From the IMG/VR virus record IMGVR_UViG_3300048889_000033: DNA of 64,000 bases; one strand, 5' to 3'. The position numbers were made by a program, and so were the translations under genes. Below the pieces are notes generated by a model. The model had not been told where the DNA came from. It searched no databases and was given only the letters and a program-made list of their open reading frames with translations. Shown here piece by piece: positions 27,216-37,597 of the stretch. The number at the start of each line of letters is the position of its first letter. Positions within the stretch are counted from its first letter, which is position 1. This DNA is from an uncultured virus (IMG/VR IMGVR_UViG_3300048889_000033) (Duplodnaviria > Heunggongvirae > Uroviricota > Caudoviricetes).

Positions 27216-28241
27216 ATGATTCTATTCCCCCGATTTATGTATGAAGATGGTGCAGGTGCCGAAGGCGCTGGTGGAAGTGGTGGCGCTGCGAATGAAGGGG
27301 GACAAGGTGGTGAAGCGCCGGCAGCGGTAACGATGACAGCCGCCGAAGTACAGGAATTAGCCGACTTACGGGCATTCAAAGCCTCTATTGCTGAAAAAGA
27401 ACCGGAAAAGACCCCCGAAGAAATAGCCAAATTGGCCGAAAAGGAAAAAGGGGAATTCATCAAATACAGCGTAGACGAAGGTTTAATGAAGGTGGATGAC
27501 TTTCATGCCTACGAAAATCTGAAAGTAAAAGCCGACAGGGATTTAGTCTACGAAAGTTTCCTCACCAATTGGAAAGAAGAAAACCCTGATGTCGAGCCTG
27601 ATGAAATAGAAGCCCGTGCAAAAGCCGACTTTGAAGACGAATACAAACTGAATAGCTCCAACGATAAAACAAAGGCACGTGGCGAAGCAAGATTAGCCCG
27701 TGAGGCCGCCGAAGTACGAAAACCGCTCCAAACTACGTACGAAAAAGCACAAGGTGCATTCAAAGAATTACAATCCATACGTCAAACATATCCCAAGTAC
27801 GAAAAATTCATGGACGACCTGATTAAGGAAACCGTCCCGGAACAAATCGTTTTCAAGACCAAAGAGGGGGAAGAGGATATAGTAATCGACGATGTAAAAT
27901 TGACGGAAGAAGATAAAAAAGAGATTGCCAAGCAATTCAAAAACGATAAAAATTTCTTTGCCTTTACCAAGAACGCGGATAAGTTGGATTCGGTAAAAGC
28001 AGCTATCGCTAAAAAGATCGACGGTTATTTGAAGGTTAAATACTTCGATAAGGTGAATGAGGCCGTTTATAATGCTGCCAAGGGTATTGGAGTTTCGAAA
28101 GGTTCCAATGTGGGTGCTGAGGCTCCTTTCGCTATCGTACGAGGCGGACAACTGCCCGGTGGGGAAAGCAAGGTATCCGGAACAAAAGAGGTTGAGGATA
28201 ACGATTTTGCATTACGTCAGAAAATTAACGCTGGTAGATAA
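27216..28241 (+). CDS. Capsid scaffolding protein
   Basis: Gly/Ala-rich acidic N-terminus, K/E-rich helical body, directly before the capsid gene. Confidence 0.7.
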   Translation: MILFPRFMYEDGAGAEGAGGSGGAANEGGQGGEAPAAVTMTAAEVQELADLRAFKASIAEKEPEKTPEEIAKLAEKEKGEFIKYSVDEGLMKVDDFHAYENLKVKADRDLVYESFLTNWKEENPDVEPDEIEARAKADFEDEYKLNSSNDKTKARGEARLAREAAEVRKPLQTTYEKAQGAFKELQSIRQTYPKYEKFMDDLIKETVPEQIVFKTKEGEEDIVIDDVKLTEEDKKEIAKQFKNDKNFFAFTKNADKLDSVKAAIAKKIDGYLKVKYFDKVNEAVYNAAKGIGVSKGSNVGAEAPFAIVRGGQLPGGESKVSGTKEVEDNDFALRQKINAGR

Positions 28242-28267
28242 TTATAAATAACTAAAATTCAAATACT

Positions 28268-29731
28268 TTGGACGCGAATCAATACTTCAGTGAAGGCGGG
28301 TCATACGCCATCAACCAAACCATCAAAGGACAGACTGCATTCCAGATGTACGACCCTTTGGCGCAAATGGTTTATAAGCCCGAAATTCGCGGCTCCATCC
28401 AAGGTGAAGCTGCTATCATTCTTCCCTATCAGGATAGTGGATTTTGGGGCCTATGGTCGCAAATTCAGTCTCTTTTAGGTGCAGAAAAGAAAACAGTAAA
28501 AGCCAATACATTCTATTGGGCCGAATACGATCTGTTTGAAACACAGGCGTTCTCTGTATTGCAGGTTGCAGGTCCTGTTCCTGCCGGTGGCGTTGCGGTA
28601 ACTGCATCTATCAACCGTTTCTCCATGAGCCAAAACGGGCTGTTCTCTAAGCCCATCCAAGGGTTCCAAGCCTTCTTTAAACACAATCGGCAAAAGGTAA
28701 ATATTGGTGTAGTAAACGAAACCGCCGCTGGTAATATCACCGTTCAATTGATACCTATCAACGGCGAAGTCCTTGACCTAACCAAAAAGACTACCTATAC
28801 ATTGATTCAGTCGCCTATGATGTCCTACGACATTAATGCCACTGCTGATATACCCACACACGGTGAAGTAGGCAATCCTCCCATCCTGTATAAATCATGG
28901 GTTCAAAAATACGAAGATGCCCTTTCCGTTGATGAATCGGAAATCGACAACTTTGTATACGACAAGACCTTCTTTATCAAAAAGGGACTTGATCCATTCG
29001 GTAAGTCGATTGATTACTGGTATGCACCCCAACTGAGCCAAAAGGCCGAAGCTAAACTGATTGCCAACAGGAATATTAAAACTCTGTTCGATCAAAGGGA
29101 CTATACCAAGAACGAAGGTTTCAACGGGGTTATCCCAACAATGGAAAAATATGGCATGTTCAACTTCGCTTATGACAATTTCATGAGTGGGTCGTTCAAA
29201 AGCCTGCTGTTCACAATGATCAAGAACCTTCGTAAGGTAAACGGCTCCAACGACTACCTGTTGGCCCGTGACTTTAACTTCGGTATTGATTGGAGCGAAG
29301 CCATTGCGGCATTGGTTCGTAACATGAACCAAAACTACCGCTACAAACTGTTTGGCGAAGGTGGTGAAGGTTCACGTAATTTCACATACTTCGATTTCAA
29401 AGACTTTACCTATAACGACTATAATTTCCGGGATTTCAAAGTGGATATGTTTGATTCGTACCGCTACGGTCATATTCTGTCCAACTTTGCCATGCTGTTC
29501 CCGTTAAAGGGTTTCACTGATACAATGGGTGCAAAAGTACCTATCGTAAATTTCGTAAATATCGAAGGTGCAGAACCCGGTAAGGACATGCGGATATGGG
29601 TAGATGACGCCCGCGAAAGGTTGGGTCGTAATCTGCGGATTGGTATCAAGGATACCTTCGGAATCGAAATTCACGCGCCTACGCGTTTGGGTATGATATG
29701 GAGAGGCGCATCAAACAATCAAATCGCTTAA
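28268..29731 (+). CDS. Major capsid protein
   Basis: 487 aa after the scaffold; strong C-ending codon bias (high expression); F.W.E and G.E....R.G motifs; TTG start. Confidence 0.8.
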   Translation: MDANQYFSEGGSYAINQTIKGQTAFQMYDPLAQMVYKPEIRGSIQGEAAIILPYQDSGFWGLWSQIQSLLGAEKKTVKANTFYWAEYDLFETQAFSVLQVAGPVPAGGVAVTASINRFSMSQNGLFSKPIQGFQAFFKHNRQKVNIGVVNETAAGNITVQLIPINGEVLDLTKKTTYTLIQSPMMSYDINATADIPTHGEVGNPPILYKSWVQKYEDALSVDESEIDNFVYDKTFFIKKGLDPFGKSIDYWYAPQLSQKAEAKLIANRNIKTLFDQRDYTKNEGFNGVIPTMEKYGMFNFAYDNFMSGSFKSLLFTMIKNLRKVNGSNDYLLARDFNFGIDWSEAIAALVRNMNQNYRYKLFGEGGEGSRNFTYFDFKDFTYNDYNFRDFKVDMFDSYRYGHILSNFAMLFPLKGFTDTMGAKVPIVNFVNIEGAEPGKDMRIWVDDARERLGRNLRIGIKDTFGIEIHAPTRLGMIWRGASNNQIA

Positions 29732-29755
29732 TTTTAAAAACACTAATATTCCTTT

Positions 29756-30730
29756 ATGGGAAAATATCAAATCACCGTAGGTCGTAAAAGAGAAGGTAAC
29801 AACGCAGTAGCCGGCTTCCTTGAAAAAGGACGGAACGATATTATTCGTGGCGAAGCTAAAGAAGTTGCCATACGAGTAGGTGCATTTGGTATCCCGAACG
29901 GAACGGAAGCGTGGGGTGTACGGCTTGATAAAAATGGTCAAGTTCCAAAAAATCCCCTAAACGCCGAAGACCCTGAATATCGGGGGGAAATAAAATGGCT
30001 AAAATGGGGCGATAAGGCGGGCACGATGATTAAATGCCGTTATGTTAGCGGGCATACTACCATCGACAAAGACTACCAAAAGCTGCGTCTTAAAATAGAT
30101 GAATTGCCCGATAGCGACCCTTATGCCGCCCTGATAACCTTGGCTCATGGCTACAACGAATTGGATGAAGATCGTGACAAGGGATTAGTCCAAATGTTGA
30201 GAATACACCACCATAATGACAAGAGTGTTTCATGTAACCCTAATTCTGAGGGTTGGATGTATACCGAAGTTCGTCAGGAAGAATTGGATCAAGAAAAGAC
30301 CAAGACCATTGATGATAAGTTCGCTTGCATCCTTATGGTAAATCAGGCGTCCAGTAAACCTGAATCAATAAAGAACCTGTTCGATATTGTCAAAGGTGTG
30401 GAGTCCTCCAAAATTAACAGGGATGATGCAAGTGAGGTTTATACCCACCTTAAACACTTTGCTGACCAACAGCCTGAATTATTTTCACAGCGTCTTACTG
30501 CCTATAAAACGACCATATCAAACGTCTTTGAAAAGGCAAAATCATTTGACCTTGTTGATACAACCAAGGATGGCGTTATTGCCGCCGGGGATAAAAAGAA
30601 GGATATTATCTTGGAAGGTATTCCTGTAAAAGGTGAAGATGCTTTGGATTGGGCATTTGCCAATTTTCTTGAACCGGAAGTATTTGAGGGGATCAACAAA
30701 CTGAAAAACATTACCGAAAAAATAAAATAA
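29756..30730 (+). CDS. Hypothetical protein following the capsid gene
   Basis: 324-aa ORF. Confidence 0.8.
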   Translation: MGKYQITVGRKREGNNAVAGFLEKGRNDIIRGEAKEVAIRVGAFGIPNGTEAWGVRLDKNGQVPKNPLNAEDPEYRGEIKWLKWGDKAGTMIKCRYVSGHTTIDKDYQKLRLKIDELPDSDPYAALITLAHGYNELDEDRDKGLVQMLRIHHHNDKSVSCNPNSEGWMYTEVRQEELDQEKTKTIDDKFACILMVNQASSKPESIKNLFDIVKGVESSKINRDDASEVYTHLKHFADQQPELFSQRLTAYKTTISNVFEKAKSFDLVDTTKDGVIAAGDKKKDIILEGIPVKGEDALDWAFANFLEPEVFEGINKLKNITEKIK

Positions 30731-30732
30731 TC

Positions 30733-31323
30733 ATGCCGAACTTAGTCAATGCTTATGTTATATACGATGGTACTACTAGTACGTACGTAGGCGATCAGAA
30801 TATAGTCATTTCGATTAACTGCGAACGGCTACAAGCATATAGCCCAAGACCGGTTTGGCTGAAAAGATTCTTGGCACCCGGTGATGGAACAACCATTATT
30901 TATGAGCCAACTTTTGCCCCTTCATCCGTAGAACTATTGGACGCCAATACCCTACCCGGTTTTTGGATCGAACAGGACGGTAAGGATACAATGGTTGATG
31001 TAACTACAGTAGCAGCATTTCAAACCGCTTGTGACGCTTGTTGCGGAACCGTACCGGCTATCATAGCCAACCTTTATGCGGGGAATGCCCCGGCCTTTAC
31101 GCCTCTTACTCTGAATAGCTTCTGTATCTTCAGGTTAGATGATGGCAGCACACAGGCGCATGGTCAAATAGCCTTGGACTACCTGACAAACATATTCGCG
31201 GGGTCAGGGGTTAAAATGACCTCCCACATCACAGGAGTTTCGCATTATACCGTAACTAGTTATTACACAACACTTTCTCCAATCGGAGGAGATGTAATTA
31301 CGAACGGAGCATGCTCTAGCTAG
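30733..31323 (+). CDS. Putative structural protein, Cys-containing
   Basis: 196 aa, beta-rich, CDACC; last gene before the terminator. Confidence 0.6.
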   Translation: MPNLVNAYVIYDGTTSTYVGDQNIVISINCERLQAYSPRPVWLKRFLAPGDGTTIIYEPTFAPSSVELLDANTLPGFWIEQDGKDTMVDVTTVAAFQTACDACCGTVPAIIANLYAGNAPAFTPLTLNSFCIFRLDDGSTQAHGQIALDYLTNIFAGSGVKMTSHITGVSHYTVTSYYTTLSPIGGDVITNGACSS

Positions 31324-31362
31324 TATCAATGGGTTAGTAAAAATATATCCCCGAAAAGGGTC

Positions 31363-31390
31363 AAGGGAATCCAATTCGGATTCCCTTTTT
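31363..31390 (+). terminator. Intrinsic terminator of the capsid operon
   Basis: AAGGGAATCC-AATTC-GGATTCCCTT-TTT. Confidence 0.85.
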
Positions 31391-31410
31391 GATAGATAAA
31401 AATTATATCA

Positions 31411-34400
31411 ATGCCACAGGTTCAAGTAAGTTCGGTAAATATCGATAACTTTTTCTTCACGGTCACCTTTAACGTGTACCAACGAAGTGTCGTATTTAAC
31501 GCATCGGGAACGACATACTTCGGGTCAGGCGCTTCCAATGTGTTAGGCATTGCTTTTAGCCTTCAAGACGGAGACGGGGTAGATTTAACGGTTATTGACT
31601 GGACAGACCCACAATTGCCCACCCCTGCTACCAACTCTATTTTTACTCTCGACCTCACAGATGTAAACTTTGCCTTCCTTTTTCAGAAATATAAAATTGT
31701 TGGCGCTATTAAGGATGCGGGGGGGGCAATTTATACCACAGAAGCAGTATATAAAAATGTATGCCAGCCAGTTAACTTCAATGACAGCGGATATGTTCCG
31801 GGGTTATTTCAAGTTCTGGCCGATTGTACTAACAATGTTTTAACTGTGAAGGAGGGTACAGTACTGACCTATAATAATTCCTTACCAATATCAGTGTCAA
31901 AAACAGGAACTTTATATTATCCAACAGGAACAATAGCGAACATACCATTTACTCAAACTCCTTTCTCAAATAATGTAGTTTATACCGGCCAAAGCAGGGT
32001 GAAGTGCGAGACTGATGCCACTTACGATTTAGGTGATGGCGTTTATGTGGTAGTTACTTATTTAACAGACAATGCCTTTGACATTACCTGTAATAACCGG
32101 ATGGCAGATTTAATGTGCTGCATTGTAAATATTCAACAAACATACCTTAAAAATTGCAATACTTCCATCGGGCAACACGCTAAACAGCAATTGGATGAAA
32201 TTTTCATTCCTTTCTTAATCGGACTTACAAAAGAGATTAATGGGCAGGATGCATCTAGTGAAGCTGCGTTGATAAAAAAACAACTCAATTGTAATTGTGG
32301 ATCAACATCTTTAGGACAAAACGAAGTAAGTCCCATAAATCCATCGGTATATAATATCGTTCTTACAGGAGTAGGTGGCACGACCGTTCCTGCCGGGGTT
32401 ATTACAGGAAGCACCAAGACCTTTAGCATAGCATCCAATGTATATCAAGTAGTAAAGGGGGATACGGGGGACTTAGCCTATTCCATCGCCCTTGATACCA
32501 GCGTACCATATACTGTAAAATACAAGATAACCTTTAACTATACTACGATGGCCGGCTACATCCTGACAGCCATCGGGAACGACCCTACACTTTTAAATCA
32601 ACTTAATTCTTTGGTAAACGCCGTCGCCAACGTAAGTATGGTGGGGCTGAACGGTCGTTGCGTCATAGATATGACAAAAGCCGATTATACGCTTATTCAG
32701 GCAGTCAATAACTCCACATTTGTCATTAACGTAGTTATAAACGGGACTGTTTACAACGCCCCCTCCAACCTTTTTGGAACGGACTTTATAGGGATAGCCA
32801 ATTGGTTAAATAGCCTTACTTTGGGGACTTTCACCGTACAGGTAACTAGCGGCGTATTGCTTATACAATCCTTGCAAAATACGAATGTCATATCTACTAT
32901 GACGTTTACTACGCCCAACCTTACGGTATCGTTCCAAGCCACCAATAAAACCCTTTTGCAAGTTCTTCAGGCAATTATTGACTTTTGCTGTAACCTTACG
33001 GCCTTACAAGTGGCATTGGGTCAAAACCTAAGCCTTTGTACCTTCGATTATAGCGGGAATGTAGTACAAACCAGCTATACCGGAAACCAACGGGATTTTA
33101 ATGCGGGGGTAAGTTCGGCAATCTGTAATATCGTAGCCCGGATGATTTCCCTAACCGGGATTACCTGCGCTAAGTTACAGGCCGCCTTCCCGGATAGCCC
33201 CAATAGCTCATTTGGGGGCGTTGGCAGACTTTACGGAACGGACGGGACAAATTGTATAGGATGGAGCGATAGGCAAGTGGCGAGCCTCGTAATAGCCGCG
33301 ATAAACAACTACAGCGACGTAAAAGCCGCCTTCTGTGCCATTGATTGCGCGGCTCCCGGTACGTGCCCGAATGTCGTGGGAATAAATATGTCAATGGTGG
33401 GTAGCTCTATCGGCATTTACGGGGTTACATGGAGCCAAGCCCCCGTGGCCTCCCAAACGGTCACAGTTCGTTATCGGGTTCACGGAACAACAACTTATAC
33501 CGTTTCGACCAATTCGCTGCTTATACTTCCTAACGGAAATGTAAGTGCAAGCCCCCCCTATTTAATTCCGGGGGCTGTGGCAGGAACCACCTATGATGTG
33601 TTTATAAACAATAACTGTGGTGGAGTAGGGTTTGTAGGACAAATTACAGCGCCTTCAAGTACTGTTTATTCTGGGTCTTATCTCTTGGATAACATCATCT
33701 ACAATATCTGCGGAGAATCACCGGTTACCTTATATTCCAGTGCTCCGTTTGCCACCGGCGTAACCATGTATTCCGATATTGGCCTTACTGTTCCGGTAAC
33801 CGGATTTACCTTTATTGCCCCTGTTAGTGGTGGAAATATATTCGCCATCAATACCGGAAGCGGTGTAGTTGGATCTGATACGGGTTCTGCGTGCAGCAGT
33901 GGTACGGCAGGAAACTATATATTGGGTAACGATACCTCGACCATTTGTGCCGGCACACCCGTAGTACTTTATACAAACGGTGCCTTTACGGTAGGAGGTA
34001 CATTGTATAATGATGTATCGTTAACAACGCCTACAACCGGGTCGTCCTTTGTAGTAAATCTGGCAAATAACTTAATATACAATCTGAATAGTGGAACGGC
34101 TGCCATCGGATCTAGTACGGGACTCAACTGCGCAACTACAGTTCTGGTAGAAAACACCACAAGCGGATATATCATTAGCGAAGTCAATAATCTAACAGGA
34201 TTTGCATTGAGTGGTAATATCTCATCTGGACAAAGCCAAACAGGATTACATAGTACTGATACAACAGCGATTCAGGTAGTAGTTATAAATTCAGGTATTG
34301 TAAGTGCCTTGGTGTTGAAAAAGAATGGTGTATTCCAAGAGTGTATTGATGTGACTAGTGCGGGAACATATAATTTTGCATCTATATCGTATGTATCAAC

Positions 34401-34440
34401 CGATTCTATTGAAATCAATTTGGCAGGAATAACGTGTTAA
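31411..34440 (+). CDS. Large multidomain virion surface protein (FN3/Ig-like and repeated Cys-bounded domains)
   Basis: S/T/G/N-rich; VTW..VRYR...TTYDV..NNCGG FN3-like unit; two tandem IC...LY...GL/SAC units. Confidence 0.65.
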   Translation: MPQVQVSSVNIDNFFFTVTFNVYQRSVVFNASGTTYFGSGASNVLGIAFSLQDGDGVDLTVIDWTDPQLPTPATNSIFTLDLTDVNFAFLFQKYKIVGAIKDAGGAIYTTEAVYKNVCQPVNFNDSGYVPGLFQVLADCTNNVLTVKEGTVLTYNNSLPISVSKTGTLYYPTGTIANIPFTQTPFSNNVVYTGQSRVKCETDATYDLGDGVYVVVTYLTDNAFDITCNNRMADLMCCIVNIQQTYLKNCNTSIGQHAKQQLDEIFIPFLIGLTKEINGQDASSEAALIKKQLNCNCGSTSLGQNEVSPINPSVYNIVLTGVGGTTVPAGVITGSTKTFSIASNVYQVVKGDTGDLAYSIALDTSVPYTVKYKITFNYTTMAGYILTAIGNDPTLLNQLNSLVNAVANVSMVGLNGRCVIDMTKADYTLIQAVNNSTFVINVVINGTVYNAPSNLFGTDFIGIANWLNSLTLGTFTVQVTSGVLLIQSLQNTNVISTMTFTTPNLTVSFQATNKTLLQVLQAIIDFCCNLTALQVALGQNLSLCTFDYSGNVVQTSYTGNQRDFNAGVSSAICNIVARMISLTGITCAKLQAAFPDSPNSSFGGVGRLYGTDGTNCIGWSDRQVASLVIAAINNYSDVKAAFCAIDCAAPGTCPNVVGINMSMVGSSIGIYGVTWSQAPVASQTVTVRYRVHGTTTYTVSTNSLLILPNGNVSASPPYLIPGAVAGTTYDVFINNNCGGVGFVGQITAPSSTVYSGSYLLDNIIYNICGESPVTLYSSAPFATGVTMYSDIGLTVPVTGFTFIAPVSGGNIFAINTGSGVVGSDTGSACSSGTAGNYILGNDTSTICAGTPVVLYTNGAFTVGGTLYNDVSLTTPTTGSSFVVNLANNLIYNLNSGTAAIGSSTGLNCATTVLVENTTSGYIISEVNNLTGFALSGNISSGQSQTGLHSTDTTAIQVVVINSGIVSALVLKKNGVFQECIDVTSAGTYNFASISYVSTDSIEINLAGITC

Positions 34441-34449
34441 AAATAAAGG

Positions 34450-35187
34450 ATGGCATTGAACAATGGTAAATGTGGATTTAATAACCTCTTGAAAAGCCTT
34501 ACTGCTGTAGGGAATTTTGAGCAAAATTCATTTTATCCACCATCAGTATTTGAGGCACACGTTAATACTATTACGTCTTTATTGATAAGTGAATTAGTAA
34601 AAGTATATCCCAAGTCCCCATCGGTTATTGATATGTTAGACCCGTTTATTAAGGTAGAAATGATACCAGCTACCAATGGGTACATACAATTGCCAGAGAT
34701 TTATAGGGATATATTAGGTACTCCGATGATATTTTTAAATCCACAAGGTAATGGGGAATGTAGTAGCCCGGAACCATTGACACCGCAGAATTTTAAAACG
34801 GGGATTCTAAAGTCTGGCTGTCAATTAACAGAGGTTACGATTGTACCACAATCTGAATTCGCAGCATTGACCAGATCGACGTATAATTTTCCAACGTATG
34901 ATCGACCAATTGGATATTTCTCCGGTAAAAAACAGATAAGAATTTGCCCCTATGACTTAACTAAAGTTTCTGTCATGTATACGAAGCAGGAACAATCTTA
35001 CCGATTCGGCTATCAGACCAATCCCGATGATACATATTTTATAGACCCGGATACGACTATTGATACAGAGTGGACTAATGCAGCATACGCCCCAATATTC
35101 AATGCCCTTGTTGCCTTATATGGGGCATGGAGCCGTGACCAAGAAATGACCCAATGGAGCCAAGTACTTAAAAATGGTATATTATGA
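34450..35187 (+). CDS. Putative tail ring/head-tail adaptor protein
   Basis: About 245 aa, position, P..F, LP..Y, P...P, EW pattern. Confidence 0.6.
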   Translation: MALNNGKCGFNNLLKSLTAVGNFEQNSFYPPSVFEAHVNTITSLLISELVKVYPKSPSVIDMLDPFIKVEMIPATNGYIQLPEIYRDILGTPMIFLNPQGNGECSSPEPLTPQNFKTGILKSGCQLTEVTIVPQSEFAALTRSTYNFPTYDRPIGYFSGKKQIRICPYDLTKVSVMYTKQEQSYRFGYQTNPDDTYFIDPDTTIDTEWTNAAYAPIFNALVALYGAWSRDQEMTQWSQVLKNGIL

Positions 35188-35441
35188 TACTTTGGCGACT
35201 AACCCAAGATTGGGAAGGTTTACCAGAAGGGGCATGTATTTCAGAATTTCGGTATAAATCCGTATTTTACCTTAATAAACCGCTGTACGAGCCAATTCAG
35301 GATTATGAAGTGAAGGACATGATAAAATACGAAGATGAAAAGTACTGTTTTTTACATAATATTGAGTGTCTTTTATTCTATACGGAACACGAGCTTGATA
35401 AATTCTTGAACAAAGAGTATGAATCCAAAATTACTAGATGA
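35184..35441 (+). CDS. Hypothetical protein
   Basis: 85 aa, coupled to neighbours. Confidence 0.6.
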   Translation: MILWRLTQDWEGLPEGACISEFRYKSVFYLNKPLYEPIQDYEVKDMIKYEDEKYCFLHNIECLLFYTEHELDKFLNKEYESKITR

Positions 35442-35793
35442 TATACTTTACTTAGTGGGATTTTGTTTGTTCGTCGTGTTACAGAGTTTAGCAATAAATG
35501 GTTTGTACTATGCGTTTCAGGGAGGGTGTGTGCAGGATTTACATAAAGGGAAAGTTTGTAAGGGAAATGTATTTTACATGGTTTGGCCCTTCTTTTTTGA
35601 AAGAAACAAAGTTAAATGGTGGTCGTCTCCTTTATATTCCTGCATAAAATGCATGAGTTCTGTATGGGGGGCTATAACATTTTGGCCCATAGTGGTATAT
35701 TTATTTAGGTTTCATTGGATACAGATAGGGATATTTTTATTTGACGTTCCAATTCTTTGCTCCTTAAATTATTATATTTATAAGAAGCTATGA
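35419..35793 (+). CDS. Membrane protein with PL..CxxCM..W motif (DUF1360-like; possible holin)
   Basis: Three hydrophobic segments, PLYSCIKCMSSVWG. Confidence 0.6.
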   Translation: MNPKLLDDILYLVGFCLFVVLQSLAINGLYYAFQGGCVQDLHKGKVCKGNVFYMVWPFFFERNKVKWWSSPLYSCIKCMSSVWGAITFWPIVVYLFRFHWIQIGIFLFDVPILCSLNYYIYKKL

Positions 35794-36461
35794 AACTAAA
35801 ACAACTTGGTGAGATAGTTTTCAGGTTCTACAATGAAGGTCGTGTAAACGTTACGCAATTAACATTGAAGGAGGCGGATATTTTGCAATATTGTCGTATT
35901 GCATTTGCCAATATAATGAGACAATTATATTACGCGAATAAAAAAATGAATGATGGGGATGAGTATTATTTTTCATCTCCGGTTTTAGATATAAAAAAAT
36001 TTGCACTAACCGAACCAAATGCAGTAGGGATGCGACGCGCAGATATGAGTGCCTTTGATTTGTACAGACTACCTAAAAACTCTCACATACCAAATGTTTA
36101 TCCTGTTGGTCAAGGGTGTGGAACGCAGGATGTGGGAGAGATAACACAAGTACAACCGGGAGAAGAAAATTTTTATCTTGGGCCAGAATTTTCTGATTTT
36201 ATGTTTTATGTGGTTAAAGGAAGGGGTATTAATACATACCATGTGCCATCTTGTATAAAAGAGGTAGATGTGGAAGCAACTTACGACAACGATAACGTAG
36301 AAGTGTCCGATGATATAGCCTTTGATGTCGCAAATCAAGTTTTAGGAGTGGCGTTACGGATACCCGGATTTGTAGGGAAAGACACTGATAATCCATATCT
36401 GCCACCCCAATCAATTCAATTAAAAAGAGCTATACAGCAGCCTGAATCAACTGTATCATAA
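35790..36461 (+). CDS. Putative tail ring protein
   Basis: 223 aa, synteny. Confidence 0.55.
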   Translation: MKLKQLGEIVFRFYNEGRVNVTQLTLKEADILQYCRIAFANIMRQLYYANKKMNDGDEYYFSSPVLDIKKFALTEPNAVGMRRADMSAFDLYRLPKNSHIPNVYPVGQGCGTQDVGEITQVQPGEENFYLGPEFSDFMFYVVKGRGINTYHVPSCIKEVDVEATYDNDNVEVSDDIAFDVANQVLGVALRIPGFVGKDTDNPYLPPQSIQLKRAIQQPESTVS

Positions 36462-37594
36462 TGAGTACGTTTGTGCCAATACAAGAATTAGTGAAGCTTC
36501 CTCTTTTAGGGAACGATGACGTGCTTCAGCGTGGGAAAGGGCGCTTGCTGACATGGGCACCCTATGTATGGGAGGACATGCAATTAAGTGTGGTTAAGAT
36601 AGCTATTCGGGAACGATTTCAGATAAACAAGCGTACTAATACCGTAGACTTACCGTGTGAATCCATGCAGTTTAGCTCCGTGGACGTGATGGATCATCAT
36701 GGTGTATTATGGCCCGTTTACCGTAATGATAGATTGCATGACGATATAGTGGATATTTCAGCAAAAAAGGATTGTGCGTGTGAATTTGCATGTGGCCACC
36801 AACTTTGCAACTTAATAAAGGGGTACGTAGGAATTCAAACGACTGTTACTGAAACCCTCCCCAATAATACCACCCAAACATTTAAGTTGGTTAATAGAAA
36901 GGCAGTAGATGCCAACGGGTTTTTATACGAAGAAAACCAATTTACAGAAAGGGTTTATACTGACGGAGTATGGACAGGAGTGCAGGTTGTAACCGAAAAT
37001 AAAAAACTATGTCAGTGTGAGGTAGATAAAAATGGTTGTCTGTGTGATACACAACAAAATATAGATAATATATGCCATCACTGTGGTATCAATGTAAATA
37101 ACCAAATACCTGTAGGAGGGGACGCAAATTCGTTCTGTAATGACCCAAAGGTAGATACATGGAAATACTTTTGTAGCTCAAAAATGGATTGGTTTGGAGT
37201 TCAGTGCGGAGGGTTTAGACATTTTAAAGACGGATGCCATAATATCTATAACATTAGTGAAGACGGTAAACGATTGATATTCCCACATCATTTTGGTTTT
37301 GACCATGTGATTGTAAGATATTATGCCAATCCGACTATTAAGAACATGCAAATCCCGTTCACAGTAGTCCCTACCTTTGTAACCGGGTTAAAATGGTTTG
37401 ATTGTAGATATAATGATAAAAAGCAGCAATTGGCACAAATATATGCCGCTGACTATGCACGACAAAAATGGGGACTATCTTTAGAGCTGAATAAATACAG
37501 AATTGCTGAAATGAGGATGATTCTTTCCCCCCATGTTCATGTTCCATCATATATTGACCATAGAGAAGATTGGAGAGGAGATTTCAGATACTAA
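36461..37594 (+). CDS. Putative tail ring protein with Cys-rich insertion
   Basis: VDLP..., IVRYY pattern; many Cys in the central region. Confidence 0.55.
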   Translation: MSTFVPIQELVKLPLLGNDDVLQRGKGRLLTWAPYVWEDMQLSVVKIAIRERFQINKRTNTVDLPCESMQFSSVDVMDHHGVLWPVYRNDRLHDDIVDISAKKDCACEFACGHQLCNLIKGYVGIQTTVTETLPNNTTQTFKLVNRKAVDANGFLYEENQFTERVYTDGVWTGVQVVTENKKLCQCEVDKNGCLCDTQQNIDNICHHCGINVNNQIPVGGDANSFCNDPKVDTWKYFCSSKMDWFGVQCGGFRHFKDGCHNIYNISEDGKRLIFPHHFGFDHVIVRYYANPTIKNMQIPFTVVPTFVTGLKWFDCRYNDKKQQLAQIYAADYARQKWGLSLELNKYRIAEMRMILSPHVHVPSYIDHREDWRGDFRY

Positions 37595-37597
37595 CCT

